Shown here piece by piece: positions 1-11,638 of a stretch of DNA of 64,000 bases. Position 1 is the stretch's first letter. Each line of letters begins with the position of its first letter. This stretch comes from an uncultured Chloroflexia bacterium (GTDB lineage: Bacteria; Chloroflexota; Anaerolineae; CG2-30-64-16), in contig CAVZDU010000007.1 in NCBI GenBank assembly GCA_963774265.1, forward strand, positions 448,001-512,000. Direction: 5' to 3'. A model generated the notes under the pieces. That model was given only the letters and a program-made list of their open reading frames with translations. It searched no databases and had not been told where the DNA came from. Made by a program: the position numbers and the translations under genes.

Positions 1-3000
1 TGTGCACGCCGGCCCACAAGGTCGACGTGAACGCCTCAGCCCGCTGATCGCGCAGGTTTTGATGCTCGTACCAGGGGCCCCACCACCACCAATAGCCCTT
101 GGCCGCGGGCTGGTTGGCTTCCGCGGGCAGCGAGCCGGTGGTCGCCAGGGCCGGGTTCAAGGGTTCGAGCCCGGCGGGGAGCGGATCGGTCAATGCAACG
201 TGGTACCGCCGCGCGGGCGCAACCATCGTCAGCTTGATCCGCACGCGCGTGCCGGCCTTGATGTGCCAGTCGCCGTTCGCGTCGCGGCGCACATCCGATG
301 GATTGTCGACCGCTTCATAGGTCCGCTCGACGGTGAAGCCGGCATCGTACGCGGGCAGGGTGAGGTCGCGCGGCGCGTAGCGAAGGCCCAGCCGGTAGTA
401 CAGCCGTCCTGGCCCGTCCTTCGACAGGATCAGGTCCTGCGAGCCGACGGGTCCCTCGGCGAGGTAGGACATCGGCACATCGATTTGTTTGTAGTCTGTG
501 CTGCGCCCCTTGAAGGTCGATTCACCCGCATAGCGGTCGCCCAGCCAGACGCGGGCGATGAAGTCCGGCGTCTGCGCCTCGTAGGTGTTGAAGTAGCGAT
601 CGAGGGCCAGCAGGATGAAGATGTTCTCCTGGGTGTTGCCCCAGCGCCCCGCGGTGCGCCCGCCCAGCAGGCCCGCGACGAGCTTGGGGATCAGGTCACT
701 CTCGGGTTGATCGCCGATCAGCGCATTCAGGATCACGCCGTCGGCCCGACGGTTCGAATAGAGCAGCACGTAGTCCTGGTCGCTGTAGCTCGCGGCAAAG
801 TGCGCGGCGCCTGCAGTTTCGGTCACCCGATTCAACAGGTGGCGACGGATGGCGGCCACCTGCTCCGTCGAGCCGGGGTCGTCGGTGAAGACAGAGAGAA
901 GCCAGCCGATGGCCTCCGGGCTGAGTTTCTCCAGCCCTGCGTCGGCCAGGAGCTTCCGAGCCTTGGCTGCGTCTTTATCGCCCATCAGGTCGCGCACGTA
1001 AAGTGCGTACGCGCTCAGTGAATAGCGCACGTCCTGACCGTACCACGAGGGATAGTGTGTCTCGATGGAGGTCAGGTAGGTGCGCGCACGTTCGAGCATG
1101 TCGGCAGGCACGGTGTAGCCCTTCAGCTTCGCGGCCTGCAACGCGTGGGCGACGTGAATCGTGTGGTACGGCCACGATTCGTCTCCGCGCTTCCAGATCG
1201 GGAACCCAGCATCGTTATTCTGCATACCTTGCAGCCGCTCGATGTCGCGTTTGACTGCCGCTTCGATATCCGCAGGCGGCGGCAGGCCCTCCGCCTGGAA
1301 GGCAGTGAGCACGTCCCGCAGCGCGGCCACGGCCAGGATGCGCGATGCCAGTTGCTCCGAGCATTCGAAGGGGTACTGCACCAAGTATAGGAATGAATCG
1401 GTAAGCGCCTGGAGCGCGGTGGACGACGTGGTGATTTCGAGGCCGCCGAACTGCGTGTAGACGCCAGTGGGTGCGATGACCGGTTGCGCGAGGCTCCCCT
1501 CATCCAGCGTACCATAAACTGCAAAGGCCTCGGTCGTTGCCGGTGTGTAGACGGGCAGCTCACCCGTTGCGGCATCCGCCCACTTGCCCGACGCGACCGC
1601 GACCTGGAAGCGTGCGGTGCCCGCGCTCGCGGTCGTAGCCGGGAAGCGCACCTCAACCCGATCGTTCGCGGGCACGGTGACGCGGCGGCCATCGCCCGCC
1701 GTGAGCAGCAGATTCGCCGTCCGCACGGCCACGTCGACGGTCAGGGGAGCATCGGTCTGATTCTGCACCACAACAGGCAGCTCGAACCGATCGCCGAAAT
1801 TGAGAAAACGCGGGGCAGAGGGCCGCACCATCAGCGGCAGCCGTGCGGTCACGGACGAGGCGCCCTTTCCGAACTGGCTGCCCCCGGCCACCGCAACCAC
1901 CATGACGCGGTAGCGCGTCAGATTGTCCGGGACCTTGATCGACAACTGTCCGCGGCCCTGCGCATCGGTGGGGGTGGCCGGCGACCAGTGAGCCAGCGGG
2001 TTGAAGTCGGTGCGGACGGTGATCGGCGTGTCTGGTGACGCGCTCACAGCCTCCCGCGCGGCCTTTTCCATCGATGGCGCTGCCGCGGCCGGCATCGGGG
2101 CTTGCGTAGCCGCGGCCGCCGCGTCCATAGCCATTCCGCCACTGGCTCCAGCAGCATTTGCGGTGACTGCGTTCTCCAGCTGCATCGGGTTGGCCAGGAT
2201 GATGTATCCGCGGTTGTGGCTGTCCATCACATCGGTCCCTCGTTCGGAATAGAACGTGGTGATCGGGTCGGGCACATCATAGCCGGTGAGGGCCAGGATC
2301 GCTTCGTCGACGACGGCAACCGCCAGCTCTGCGTTCGGCACAGGGTTGCCCTTCGCATCTTTGACCAGGACGTCCAGTGTGGTCGAGCCGCCCGGCTCCA
2401 GCTTTTCGGTCAGGGGCTTTGCCTCGACGGCCAGGGTGCGCGCGAGCGGCGGGACCGTCAGGTTCAATTCGCCCTTCGCGTAGGCCGGCCGCTTGGGCAA
2501 TTCGGTCTTCGATTGGCCCTCGGTGACGACTGCCGCGTCTCCGGTTCGCTCGGCCGCGCCCACCAGGTCCACCTGCACAGTGATGTTCGGCACATAGCCT
2601 TCTTCGATGGGGATGCGCAAGACAATCGAAGGCTCCTTCAGCGTGAAACGCTTGCTCTCCACGAGGCCGCTTCGTCGAAGGCTGAGCGTGCCCTCGGCAG
2701 GATAGAAGGGAGCCTGCACGAGGATTTCGGCCGTTTCGCCTGCCCGGTATTCTTTCTTATCCGGGACGAGCGTGATCTCCTCCTGTTGCACCTCGCGTGA
2801 CGGCACGCGCTCACCGCCGCTGACCCAGCGGGTCAATTCCGTGCGGTTCGGCCGGCCCTGCTCATCGGTCACGACTGCGGCGATGCGGTAGGTGCCGCCA
2901 TCAGGTGTCTCGAACGTACAGCGCACCGGCTGCTCGCCCGACTTGACGGTGCAAGGCTGTGGATTGACCTCTTCCTCCTGATAACGGTCACTCGACCACT

Positions 3001-5987
3001 TCCACTCGATGCGGGCCGCGGTCAGTTTGACTTCGATGCCGGGGATCGCCTTGCCGTCCAGGTCGGTGACGATGATGTCGACCGGAAGCGGTTCTTCGCG
3101 CTCGACGAACAGCCGCTCGGTGCGCAGGCCCACATAGAGGTCCGCCGGGTGCACCAACAGATCCCGCGCCCGCGGTCCACGCCTGGCGATTCACGTCCTG
3201 CACCGTCGCTTCCAGCCGGACCGATGCCGGCTCGGGCGGCGTCACCGCGTCGAAGTCTAACTGCAGCCGGTGGATGCCGGCCGCATCGGTTGTGCCGGTG
3301 AACGTTTTTCCTGATTCGATTGCCGGTTTTTCGCTCTCCGACCACCACATGCGCCACCAGGGGACCCAACGCCCAAAGGTGAAGTCGTCCCAGCCGGGCG
3401 GGCTGTACGAACCCGACCGGGATGTCACTGTCCAGCTCACGGGCGCGTTCGGCAATGCGCCACCCGCGTAGTAGTTGGCTGTCACCTCGGCCGTGGCGCG
3501 CTCGCCAACAAAGAACGGACCTTCGCCGGGATTGACCTTGACCTCGAACTCAGGCCGGCGGAACTCCTGCACCTGGATCTGGTGTCCGTAGGAGCGGCCG
3601 TCAACACTCCCGGAACCTATCACATCGAACTGCAGGTACGCGGGACCGAGGTTCATGGCGTCATTCAGTTTGAAGCTGAAGTCGAAGCCGCCCATTGCAT
3701 TCAGGTCCGCGCGGCCGGTCGCAACCTCGTTGCCCCGGCTGTCCTGCAGACGGTAGGTCACCGCCTCTGCCGCGCCCTGGAGTGCTCCGATGTCGCCACA
3801 CGGGCCCGCGCCCCAGCGCCGAATCCACCCTTTGACATGCACTTCTTCGCCGGGACGGTACATCTGCCGGTCGTCGAAGACGTACCAGCGCAGTGCATCG
3901 TTCAAGGGCTGTTGCGCCCAACCCTCGTCGCCCCAGAAATATACGTTGGCCGGCAGGATGGCCGTCTCAGCACCCGACCTGGCGATGAGCAACTGTGCGG
4001 CCTGACCAGCGGGGAGCGGAATTGTTGCAGTCCCGTCCGCGCCGGTGCGAGCACTCCCTGAACCGGGCCACAACGACAGCTCCACGTTCGGCAGCGGCGA
4101 GCCGTCCTTCAGAGAGTTCGCCCAAGCCAACATCTGTCCCGCGTCGGCGAAGGCGTCCAAGCCAATCTGCGTGCGCTGTACCCAGATGACTGACTCTTCC
4201 ACGCGGCCGCGCTGGGGGAGGAGGGCAGGGAGGCCCGTTCGCTCTGGTTTCACCAGCACGACAAGGTGGCCCTGAGACTGCTTGAAGGCTGCGTCGAGGT
4301 CGATCATCGTCTCAATGAGCTTGTCGGCCACCGACTCAACCGGCACGGTCTTCTGATAAACCTGCCGGCCCGGTATGGGAGGCAACTGATCCGTGCGGTA
4401 ACGTTCGCGGAGGTAGGTCTTGAACGCGGTCCAATCTTCGGGCGTCACCGCGTAGGCGCGCACGTTCAGGCGACCGTAGTTGATCGAGTACGCGGATAGC
4501 GAGGGCTTGCCGAGCGGATCGAGCACCACGAAATTGTCGCCCGGAACAACCATCGTAGGCTGTGCGGAGCCGACGACAATGCTCACCGTTTCGGTCTTGC
4601 CCAGGGTCTGGCCAAAGGTATCCCCGATGCTGGCATCCAGGGTGATGCGATAGGTGGTGCGGCCCTGGCTGGCGCCGCTGATTTGCAGCGTGTTGCCGTA
4701 CGCATCGAGCGAGAGGCCGGACAGCGCCGGCACAACGGTTACAGAGGCTTCAGTGATGGTATCCCGGTTCAGAGGGTTTGAGAATTCAACCTGCCACGGC
4801 ATGAACGGCGTGCATTCACCGCCCCAGCCGCATTGCGACCTGATCACCTTCAGCGGGCCGTACGTGCGGAAGGTGTATGTTTCGGCCGCCGGAGCGGTCA
4901 ATGGTCCTTCCGCGGACGGCGTGCCAGGTCCGACTGTGACGGTCACCGCCGTGTCCGCTGGCAGCGGTTCAGTCGTTCGGAACGCCAGCCACCGACCCTC
5001 TTGGGCATTCTGCATGAGGCTGGAGAGTGCCTCGTCGGCCTTTGCCTCATCCTCAGTCACCAGCTTGATGGCAACGGTCCGGTCACCTGCCTTAACTGAG
5101 ATGGTCTTCAGAACGGCTTCGGGGTCGATGCGCTGGTTGAATGAGACGAACAGGGGGGTGTCGCGCCGCGTCGGACCGCCCTTGGGGAACGCACTCTCGA
5201 TGACGGGAGCGGGCGTGGTAAATGTAAAGGTGACGCCCCGGCTGAGCTTGCCGCCGGTGGCGGAGGTGGTTCCCGCGGGGATGTCGACCGAGTATTTAGT
5301 GGCTGCGGGGAACCGGCCTGCAGCAAAGCCGGTCTTCGCCGCCGGCTCGAACAACAGCGTCTTCGTGCCGACCCACCGCCACTGACCCTCGGGTTGAGGC
5401 GAGAGGCGCACGGGCACGTCACCCTTGGCCAGGTCGCTAAGCCCGGTCAGGGCCACCATGGGCTGGCTGAACGTCACGCTGAGATTGGGCGCAAGGGACA
5501 CATCGCCCTCGGGCCCGTAGCGCAGCACCTCCAGGGGCCCTGATGCCACTTCGGGCGCGGAGGTGGGTGCGGGCGCGGGGGGGAATGATTCCTTGACCGT
5601 CGTCCCCGGACGCGGCGCAGGCAACGTGTCAGTGGGCAGGTTCAGTTCTTTCACATCACCTGCCTCCCCTTCCAGCGCGGGCAGACGGCTCAGCAGCTTC
5701 TGGGTTTCCGCCGCGGATAGCGGTGTGGAAGGGGCCGGCGGGAGTACGCCCGCGGGGGCGGCTTGCTCGCTGCCCTCCGACAGCCGGTATTGAAGGCCCG
5801 GCGTTGGCTGGGGCGTGGCCGCGACGGCTGCGCCGGTCGCTACGGCCGTGCTGCTGAGCGGCGCGTTGGCCGTCGGTTCGGCAGCGACCGGCGTAGATTT
5901 GGCGCGACATGCGGTGACGGCCAGGGCCGTCACCACAACGAGGGCCACCAGGATGAAACGAGTTGCTGGGGCGCGGGTGCTGAACAT
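1..5987 (-). CDS. Bacterial alpha-2-macroglobulin family lipoprotein (one frameshift near 3165; 3' end runs off the window)
   Basis: ORF 2988..5987 has a lipobox (LAVTAC), Ig-like/MG domains and DDRQMYRPGE..VKG and VQEFRRPEFEV motifs. In a shifted frame after ~3165 it continues DLLVHPADLYVG...AVVDEAILALTGY...VRTDFNPLAHW...PDNLTRYRVM...YPFECSEQ (thioester motif at 1352-1363)...WGNTQEN...DPLPAGLE to the window edge. Confidence 0.93.
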
Positions 5988-6073
5988 GGGAGTCCTCCTC
6001 CTGTGATCGCAGTCAGGCAGGGACGCTTAGAACACGCTGGGCAAGGGCCCGCTGCGGCGCCAGTCTCCTTGAA

Positions 6074-6908
6074 TTATACCAGCTTTTCACCGTTGTGACG
6101 TGCCAGGAATGTCCATAGTTCCGGAGTGGGACGGAAGGCGAGGGTGTAGACCGGGATCCGATCGACGATGGCGCCGGCGACCTGAAGCCAGGCGGCTGCG
6201 CTCTCGACACGCTCGGTGGCGACCTTCTCCGTGGTCAGCAGACGCGGCCACGGCTTGGCCGGGTGTGAGGGGTGTTAGTGAGAAATCGGGCGCCTGAGTG
6301 AGGGAAAACAACCCGGCGATCGGGACACATCGATTGATACGCCGGATCAGCTCCGGTGGCGTGCTGTGTCCCCAGAAGGGCGTGCTGCAGACCTCGACAC
6401 CGTCACTCTTCAATCGCAGCACTACATTTTCGTCGGTCAGCAATTGGCCGTGACCGGCCGCGAGTTTCGCCACGGTGGTCTTACCTGCCCCGGACGGGCC
6501 GAAGAACACGTAGCCCCGGCCATCTATGGCGATCCCGGAAGCGTGAAGGAGCAGCGCGTCATTCTGGCGCGGCAGGGCCTGCATGTACATGTATCCGAGG
6601 GTGCGCTCCAGCGCCGACGCGGCGCGTTCGAGCGCCGGGGCAGTCACAGAGGCGGTGCACGTGCCCAGGTCGATCTGGCCGCGGTACCGATTAACGTGGA
6701 AATGCGTGACCTGGCCTTCGTGTTCGAGCCAACCGGGATCTTCGGCAGGAATCGACGCATCCCTCAGCAAGGTCACCTGCCAGTCGGGCGGCTCGTTCGT
6801 CAGGAAGGCGGTGTAGCGCTCGCGCAAGGGCGCGGCCCAATCGGGATCAGGGAAACGAATCTCGCTGACCAGGCCGGCGACGTCGATCGTCACAGTTAGG
6901 AAAGTCAT
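6074..6908 (-). CDS. HprK-related P-loop kinase (frameshift near 6242)
   Basis: LLHASGIAIDGRGYVFFGPSGAGKTT and LTDE motifs. ATG at 6908 overlaps the upstream stop (ATGA). The shifted frame reads LLTTEKV...IPVYTLAFRPTPELW to TAA at 6074. Confidence 0.8.
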
Positions 6909-7342
6909 CGAAGCCTCCGCACGATCCAGCGCGCCCCCCTCAGTACATGATGCCGCACTATCCAGGCCCATGCCACCCACCTCTCCGCAGCCTTCGGCCA
7001 GACACGCAATCCGTTGACATAAGCAGAAGTCACCCGTCCCAACACCTGGCCCGGTATGAGCGGCCGGTCTGGGCCGAGTCGATTATCGCCCTGGGCGATC
7101 AGGATGTCCCCCGTCCGCCGAACAAGCCGGTGCGCGACGAGCGCATCGTCAACGACGAAGACGATCAATTCGCCCAGCCTGGGCCGTCCCGCTAAGGGTG
7201 TGATATCGATCTCGCACTGGGCCGGCAGGGTGGGGCGCATGCTGTTGCCGCGCAGGGGCAAACGAAACCGGCCCTCCGCGGTGAGCGCCTCCCGGAGGAG
7301 TGGGAGCCACACCGCAGCGTCAATCTGGGATTGGGCGGTCAT
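6905..7342 (-). CDS. S24/S26 family peptidase (signal peptidase I-like)
   Basis: GNSMRPT (Ser), VAHR (His) and GDN boxes; ATGA overlaps on both sides. Confidence 0.82.
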   Translation of the reverse strand: MTAQSQIDAAVWLPLLREALTAEGRFRLPLRGNSMRPTLPAQCEIDITPLAGRPRLGELIVFVVDDALVAHRLVRRTGDILIAQGDNRLGPDRPLIPGQVLGRVTSAYVNGLRVWPKAAERWVAWAWIVRHHVLRGARWIVRRLR

Positions 7343-8454
7343 CGAGCGTGTTCCTGTCGGGCGGCCAGCAGCCCTTCCAGTGGCCGTAGGGCTGTGCGCA
7401 TCGCCAGCCAGCCCGCATAGCGGATCGCCTGCGCAGGCTGCAGCGCGGCCAGCGTGCTCATCGCGCGACGCCATGCGCGTCCTCCCGTCTCATCGCCGAT
7501 CCCCCATGACATAACGGAGATGCGATCGGATGCAAGCCCCGCAAGCGCCTGGGCGACGCCGGGAGGGGCGGGTGTACCCAGCCACCGTGAGACGACCGTG
7601 AGGCAGGTGTGCAACGGGTGGCCGATTTTCCATTCCTCGGCAAGGCGGAGCACCTCTCCCCAGTCCATCGTAGCCGAACGGGCGAGCCGGTCGATGTCGA
7701 CGAGCCAAAGCAGCCGCAGGTCCCGGCTGTGGTGCATCGCCAGGTGTGCAGCGGCATGCGCTAACAGGACAGCAGGGCGAGGCACGAGGAACTGGGGCAG
7801 ACCTGGCGCTGCTGACGCCTCCCGCCAGATGTCAGGGGGAGAGATGCGCTCGACATAATAGGGCACTTCGACGAGCGCCCAATGCAGCTCAACCAGCAGG
7901 CGCCCGCATCCCGGCACATCTGCAACGAGGGGCAATTCGGCGCGATAGCGGCGCACCCAGGGGCCGATTCGCTTGTCCGCCGCGATCCCAACGGCCTGGT
8001 ATCCCAGCGACGCCAGAGTCGACTGAGCCGCGCTGACTGCCTCGCGGTCAATCAGCAGGTCGATGTCACTGACAGGGCGGATGGCGGGGTTGCCGTAAAT
8101 GGTCCGTCCCAACGCGGCGCCTTTCAGCAGGGCCAGGCCCGGGCAAGCCAGGCCGATGCGCGCCAGTTCGTTCTCGAGAAGGAAGGCGCGCGCTGCGCTG
8201 GACTGGAAAGCCTCAACCAGGGCCACGCGGAACCCGGTCGTCAGCGAGAGCCAGGCCGGGTCATCGCGCAGTCGAACGTAGAGCAGGGGCAGCACCCCAT
8301 GTGCGCTGAGTACGCGCTGCGCAGCTTCGAATCCCAGCGGCGGTGTCGGGAGGGGGGTGTGCTCCTCCCCGCGCAGCGCCAGAGCAAGCCACGCAGCCCA
8401 TTCGTCAGAGAGTGCGTAACTGTCACGAAAGCTAAAAGGGGTGAACAAGGCCAT
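7339..8454 (-). CDS. Uncharacterised nucleotidyltransferase family protein
   Basis: LLKGAAL, R-x-x-SDIDLLI, VELHW and H-x-x-x-H...WLVDI motifs typical of this family. Confidence 0.85.
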   Translation of the reverse strand: MALFTPFSFRDSYALSDEWAAWLALALRGEEHTPLPTPPLGFEAAQRVLSAHGVLPLLYVRLRDDPAWLSLTTGFRVALVEAFQSSAARAFLLENELARIGLACPGLALLKGAALGRTIYGNPAIRPVSDIDLLIDREAVSAAQSTLASLGYQAVGIAADKRIGPWVRRYRAELPLVADVPGCGRLLVELHWALVEVPYYVERISPPDIWREASAAPGLPQFLVPRPAVLLAHAAAHLAMHHSRDLRLLWLVDIDRLARSATMDWGEVLRLAEEWKIGHPLHTCLTVVSRWLGTPAPPGVAQALAGLASDRISVMSWGIGDETGGRAWRRAMSTLAALQPAQAIRYAGWLAMRTALRPLEGLLAARQEHAR

Positions 8455-8507
8455 GACGATTTCCGGTCAGGACCGCCACGCCATGTCCTGGACCTGGTGT
8501 AAGGATC

Positions 8508-10167
8508 TCAGCCGGTTTCTCCGCTGCGAGGGGCCGGTACGGGTGACGCGGGCTGCCGACGCCTGGTGCGTTTTCGACCATTTCGCAGAGTATCGGTGAT
8601 GTTGCTCCCGCTTTCCGGACTTTGCGTGCCGTACTGATAGTAGTAGTAGTAGGATCCTTCACCTTGCAGCGGCATCCGGTTGAGAACAACCCCCAGAACG
8701 CGGGCGTTGACCCGGCGGAGCGCTTCAACCGCGCGCCGCGCGATCTCGCGACGCGAATTTCCCACGTCAAGCACCAGAAGAACCCCATCTGTTTGCGTGC
8801 TCATGATCGCAGCATCGGCCAGTGCCACAGTAGGCGGGCTGTCGAAGAGCACCATATCCGCCCGCTCCAATAACTGGGAGATCAGCTCCTTCGCCGCGTG
8901 CTGACCCGAGCAGCTCAGCCGGATTGGGGGGCAATGGGCCGGAGGTCAGCACCCATAGATTAGGCACCGGGCCTTCCTGGATCAATCCCTCGAGATTTGG
9001 GTGCTCCTCCAACAATGCGGTGGTCAGGCCGACATTATTGCGCAGGCCGAACACGCGATGCACGCGCGGCTTGTGCAGATCGGCATCGACCAGGATCACC
9101 CGGCGCCCCGCCTGGGCCAGTGCAGCAGCCAGGTTAGCAGTGGTGAGTGATTTGCCTTCGCCTGGTGCGGGGCTGGTGACCAAGAGCGTTCGTAGCGGGC
9201 GGTCGATCGCCGCGAATTGAAGGTTGGTGCGCAGAACGCGGTAGGCCTCCGTGGCGGCCGACTGGCTGTTGGAGAGGATTGCCAGCTCGTTCCCTGGCGA
9301 CACACCCTCGACGCGCGGCACAGTGCCGAGGGTTGTCAGGTTGAGCGCCTTCTGCACGTCGTCAGGATTCTTGAGCGTGTCGTCAAGGTACTCCAGCAGG
9401 TATGCGGCGCCCGTTGCCAGCAGCAGGCCGATTGCGGCGGCCAGCAAGATGGTGGCTCCCTTGTTTGGACCGACAGGGATCGAAGGAAGTGCTGCCGCCT
9501 CAATAATGTTGATGCTATTCAGCGCGCCGCGTTGTGTGCTGCTGAGGAGCGCGGCATAGTTGGCCTGCAGGGTTGCCTTCTTATTTTGCAAACCGGTGAT
9601 CTGCGTCTGAGTGTCAGCGATCTGGCGCGCGCTGAACATATTGGCCAGTTCAACCTGCTTGCGGTCGATCTCGGTTTGGGTCTCCTGGATCTTCGTCTCC
9701 AGGTCATTCAGCTGTTGGCTGATGAATGCCTGCCGCTGTTGATCCTCCTGGCCTGCTCCGGAGGGACTGATCCGAATCAGTTCTTCTGAAAGCTCCTGGG
9801 CGACCCGTTGTGCGCGCACGGGATCCGTGTCCGTCACCGAGAGCTCGATTAACTGGGTATTTGGAACAACACGGGCGGTGTAGTCGGGCAACCACGCAAG
9901 ATTAAGGCGCGACATGACCGACGCTCGCACGTTGTCACGCTTGACGATGTCGGCGTAGGTGTTTGCCAGTTGCTGAGTCAGCCAGAATTCGTTACCGTTT
10001 GGATTGGGGTTTTCGATCGCCGTGCCGACCATGAGCGTCGATCGCGTGCGATAGATCGGCTGTTGCTGCCGCGTCGCAAGATAGCTTGACGCAGTTGCGA
10101 CTAACGTCGCTGCAATGATCAGCCACCACCACTTCCGTAGTGGTCGAATGTAGTCCTTCAATTCCAT
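8508..10167 (-). CDS. Wzc-type polysaccharide co-polymerase / BY tyrosine kinase (frameshift near 8896)
   Basis: N-terminal Wzz TM region, coiled coil, second TM, Walker A (TSPAPGEGKS), A' (VDADLH); after the shift, Walker B (FDSPP) and a C-terminal tyrosine cluster SYYYYYQY. Confidence 0.92.
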
Positions 10168-10187
10168 TAGTCATCCCTCGATGGCCC

Positions 10188-10664
10188 TTATGGACGCGGG
10201 TATTCGGCCCCATTGCCTGGATGCAAGTGTTTGATCAGTGTGACTGTGTTGCCGAAGGTGGCATCGTAGCGATAGAGCACCTGATCCATGATGCTGCGCA
10301 CCAGGTGCCAACCAAGCCCCCCCGGCTCCCGCTCTCCGACCGGCAATAGCAGATCGGGCGGCGGAGCGTGTTCGGGATCGAATTCCTGGGCCCGGTCAGA
10401 GATGGTAATGGCGGCCTGTTGTCCATCGGAACAGAAAGAGATCTCCAGGGGTCCCGGCGCTCGATTCGCGTAGCCGTGCATCATGACATTCGCGCATACT
10501 TCCTCCACGGCCAGCCGCAAGTCGAAGTGATCCCCTGCATTGATGTTTGCTTGCTCGCAGAAAGTATCAACGAAATTCAGTAATTCGCTGAGGTCTGCAA
10601 GATGCGCCGATGGCAGGCTGACCATGTCGCAAGTCAGCCCCCGCCGGCGCTGTGCGCTGGTCAT
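10188..10664 (-). CDS. RsbW-like anti-sigma factor / Ser-Thr kinase (HATPase_c_2)
   Basis: LAVEEVCANVMMHGY, ISD...FDP, GGLGWHLV..MD.V.Y, GNTVTL motifs. Confidence 0.88.
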   Translation of the reverse strand: MTSAQRRRGLTCDMVSLPSAHLADLSELLNFVDTFCEQANINAGDHFDLRLAVEEVCANVMMHGYANRAPGPLEISFCSDGQQAAITISDRAQEFDPEHAPPPDLLLPVGEREPGGLGWHLVRSIMDQVLYRYDATFGNTVTLIKHLHPGNGAEYPRP

Positions 10665-10665
10665 G

Positions 10666-10737
10666 GTGCTCTCCCGATTTATGTTCTTTCATAAGAATAT
10701 ACGATAAAGCTTACTTTCGCAATTACCGGGAGAGCAC
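10666..10737 (-). promoter_or_regulatory. Inverted repeat covering the RBS of the RsbW-like gene and enclosing a sigma70-like promoter
   Basis: GTGCTCTCCCG (10666-10676) / CGGGAGAGCAC (10727-10737); minus-strand TTGCGA-17-TATTCT lies between the arms. Confidence 0.5.
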
Positions 10738-10750
10738 ATAAGTCATGGCG

Positions 10751-11510
10751 CTACATCGAATGCTCGCTGTAGTAGGCCATGGCCGCGGACATGAAGTCGG
10801 CAAGGCCGGGGCGGTACTTGTCATAGAACGCTCGGAATTCCTTGTTCTCGGCGTAGAGCCGTCCCAGGCCTGCATAGGCCTCAGGAGTCGGATGCCAGAA
10901 GTGATCGACCCACGTGTAGTGCAGCGCGACGTTACGTTGCACTTCGGGGTCATCCGGTCCGTGTCCTCGTTCGGCCAGCCCTGCGATGGCTCGCGTTGCG
11001 GCGTCACCCTCGGCATTGATCGCCTGCCAGTGGTCCTTCGACATGCCCTTCACGCGATGTTCGGACTCCTCGACGATCTGCTCCCCGTACTTTTCGCCGC
11101 GCCTCGCGCTTGTAGCGTTCAATCTGCTCTTGTGAGAATCCCTCGTAGAGCTCCGCATCGGTCATTCCCATTTTTCCCTCCGTCAAACGTGTGATGGTCC
11201 TCTCGACCGTGGCGAGGAGACGCTCTAGCCGCGCTGCCTGGGCCAGCAGCATGCGGCGATGGTCTTCCAGGCCGCGCACCTGGTCGAAGTGGGGATCTTC
11301 GACGATGGTCCGGATCTGTTCCAACGAGAAACCGAGCTCTCGAAAGAAAAGAATCTGCTGGAGTTGCAGCAGGTCGGCCTCCCCATACAGCCGATATCCC
11401 GCTGCAGAACGGGATGATGGTCTCAACAGCCCCAGCGCGTCGTAGTGGTGCAGTGTCCGCACTGTGATGTCTGCCATATCGGCAACCTGTCGCACGGTGT
11501 ACCCGGTCAC
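10751..11510 (-). CDS. MerR family regulator with TipAS C-terminal domain (TipA/Mta-like; frameshift near 11097)
   Basis: YTVRQVA...TVRTLHHYDALGLL...GYRLY HTH, then KYG...AYAGLGRLY...F...YD...PGLADFM TipAS segment; GTG start after GGAGG. Confidence 0.9.
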
Positions 11511-11528
11511 CTCTTCCTCCCAGGGAGG

Positions 11529-11559
11529 ACTATAAACCATGACGTTACGTCAGAGTCAA
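11529..11559 (-). promoter_or_regulatory. MerR-type promoter/operator with 19-bp spacer
   Basis: Minus strand TTGACT-19 nt-TATAGT with the dyad TGACGT-A-ACGTCA (11540-11552) in the spacer. Confidence 0.9.
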
Positions 11560-11638
11560 GTTAAGTCTTCTTAATAATAGGGCTCGCAGCAAAACCCGGA
11601 ATTGTCCCTTTGTTGCCGGCTTGTGCTACACTGTCGCC

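Noticed and set aside
5988-8507. Lasso/RiPP precursor or PqqD gene in the kinase-nucleotidyltransferase cassette
   Set aside because: The genes abut and the short gaps hold no credible small ORF.
11560-11575. GTTAAG/CTTAAT as a fifth CTTAAG box
   Set aside because: Both half-sites are imperfect, spacing is 10 bp, and the AT-rich context upstream of the MerR promoter explains it.
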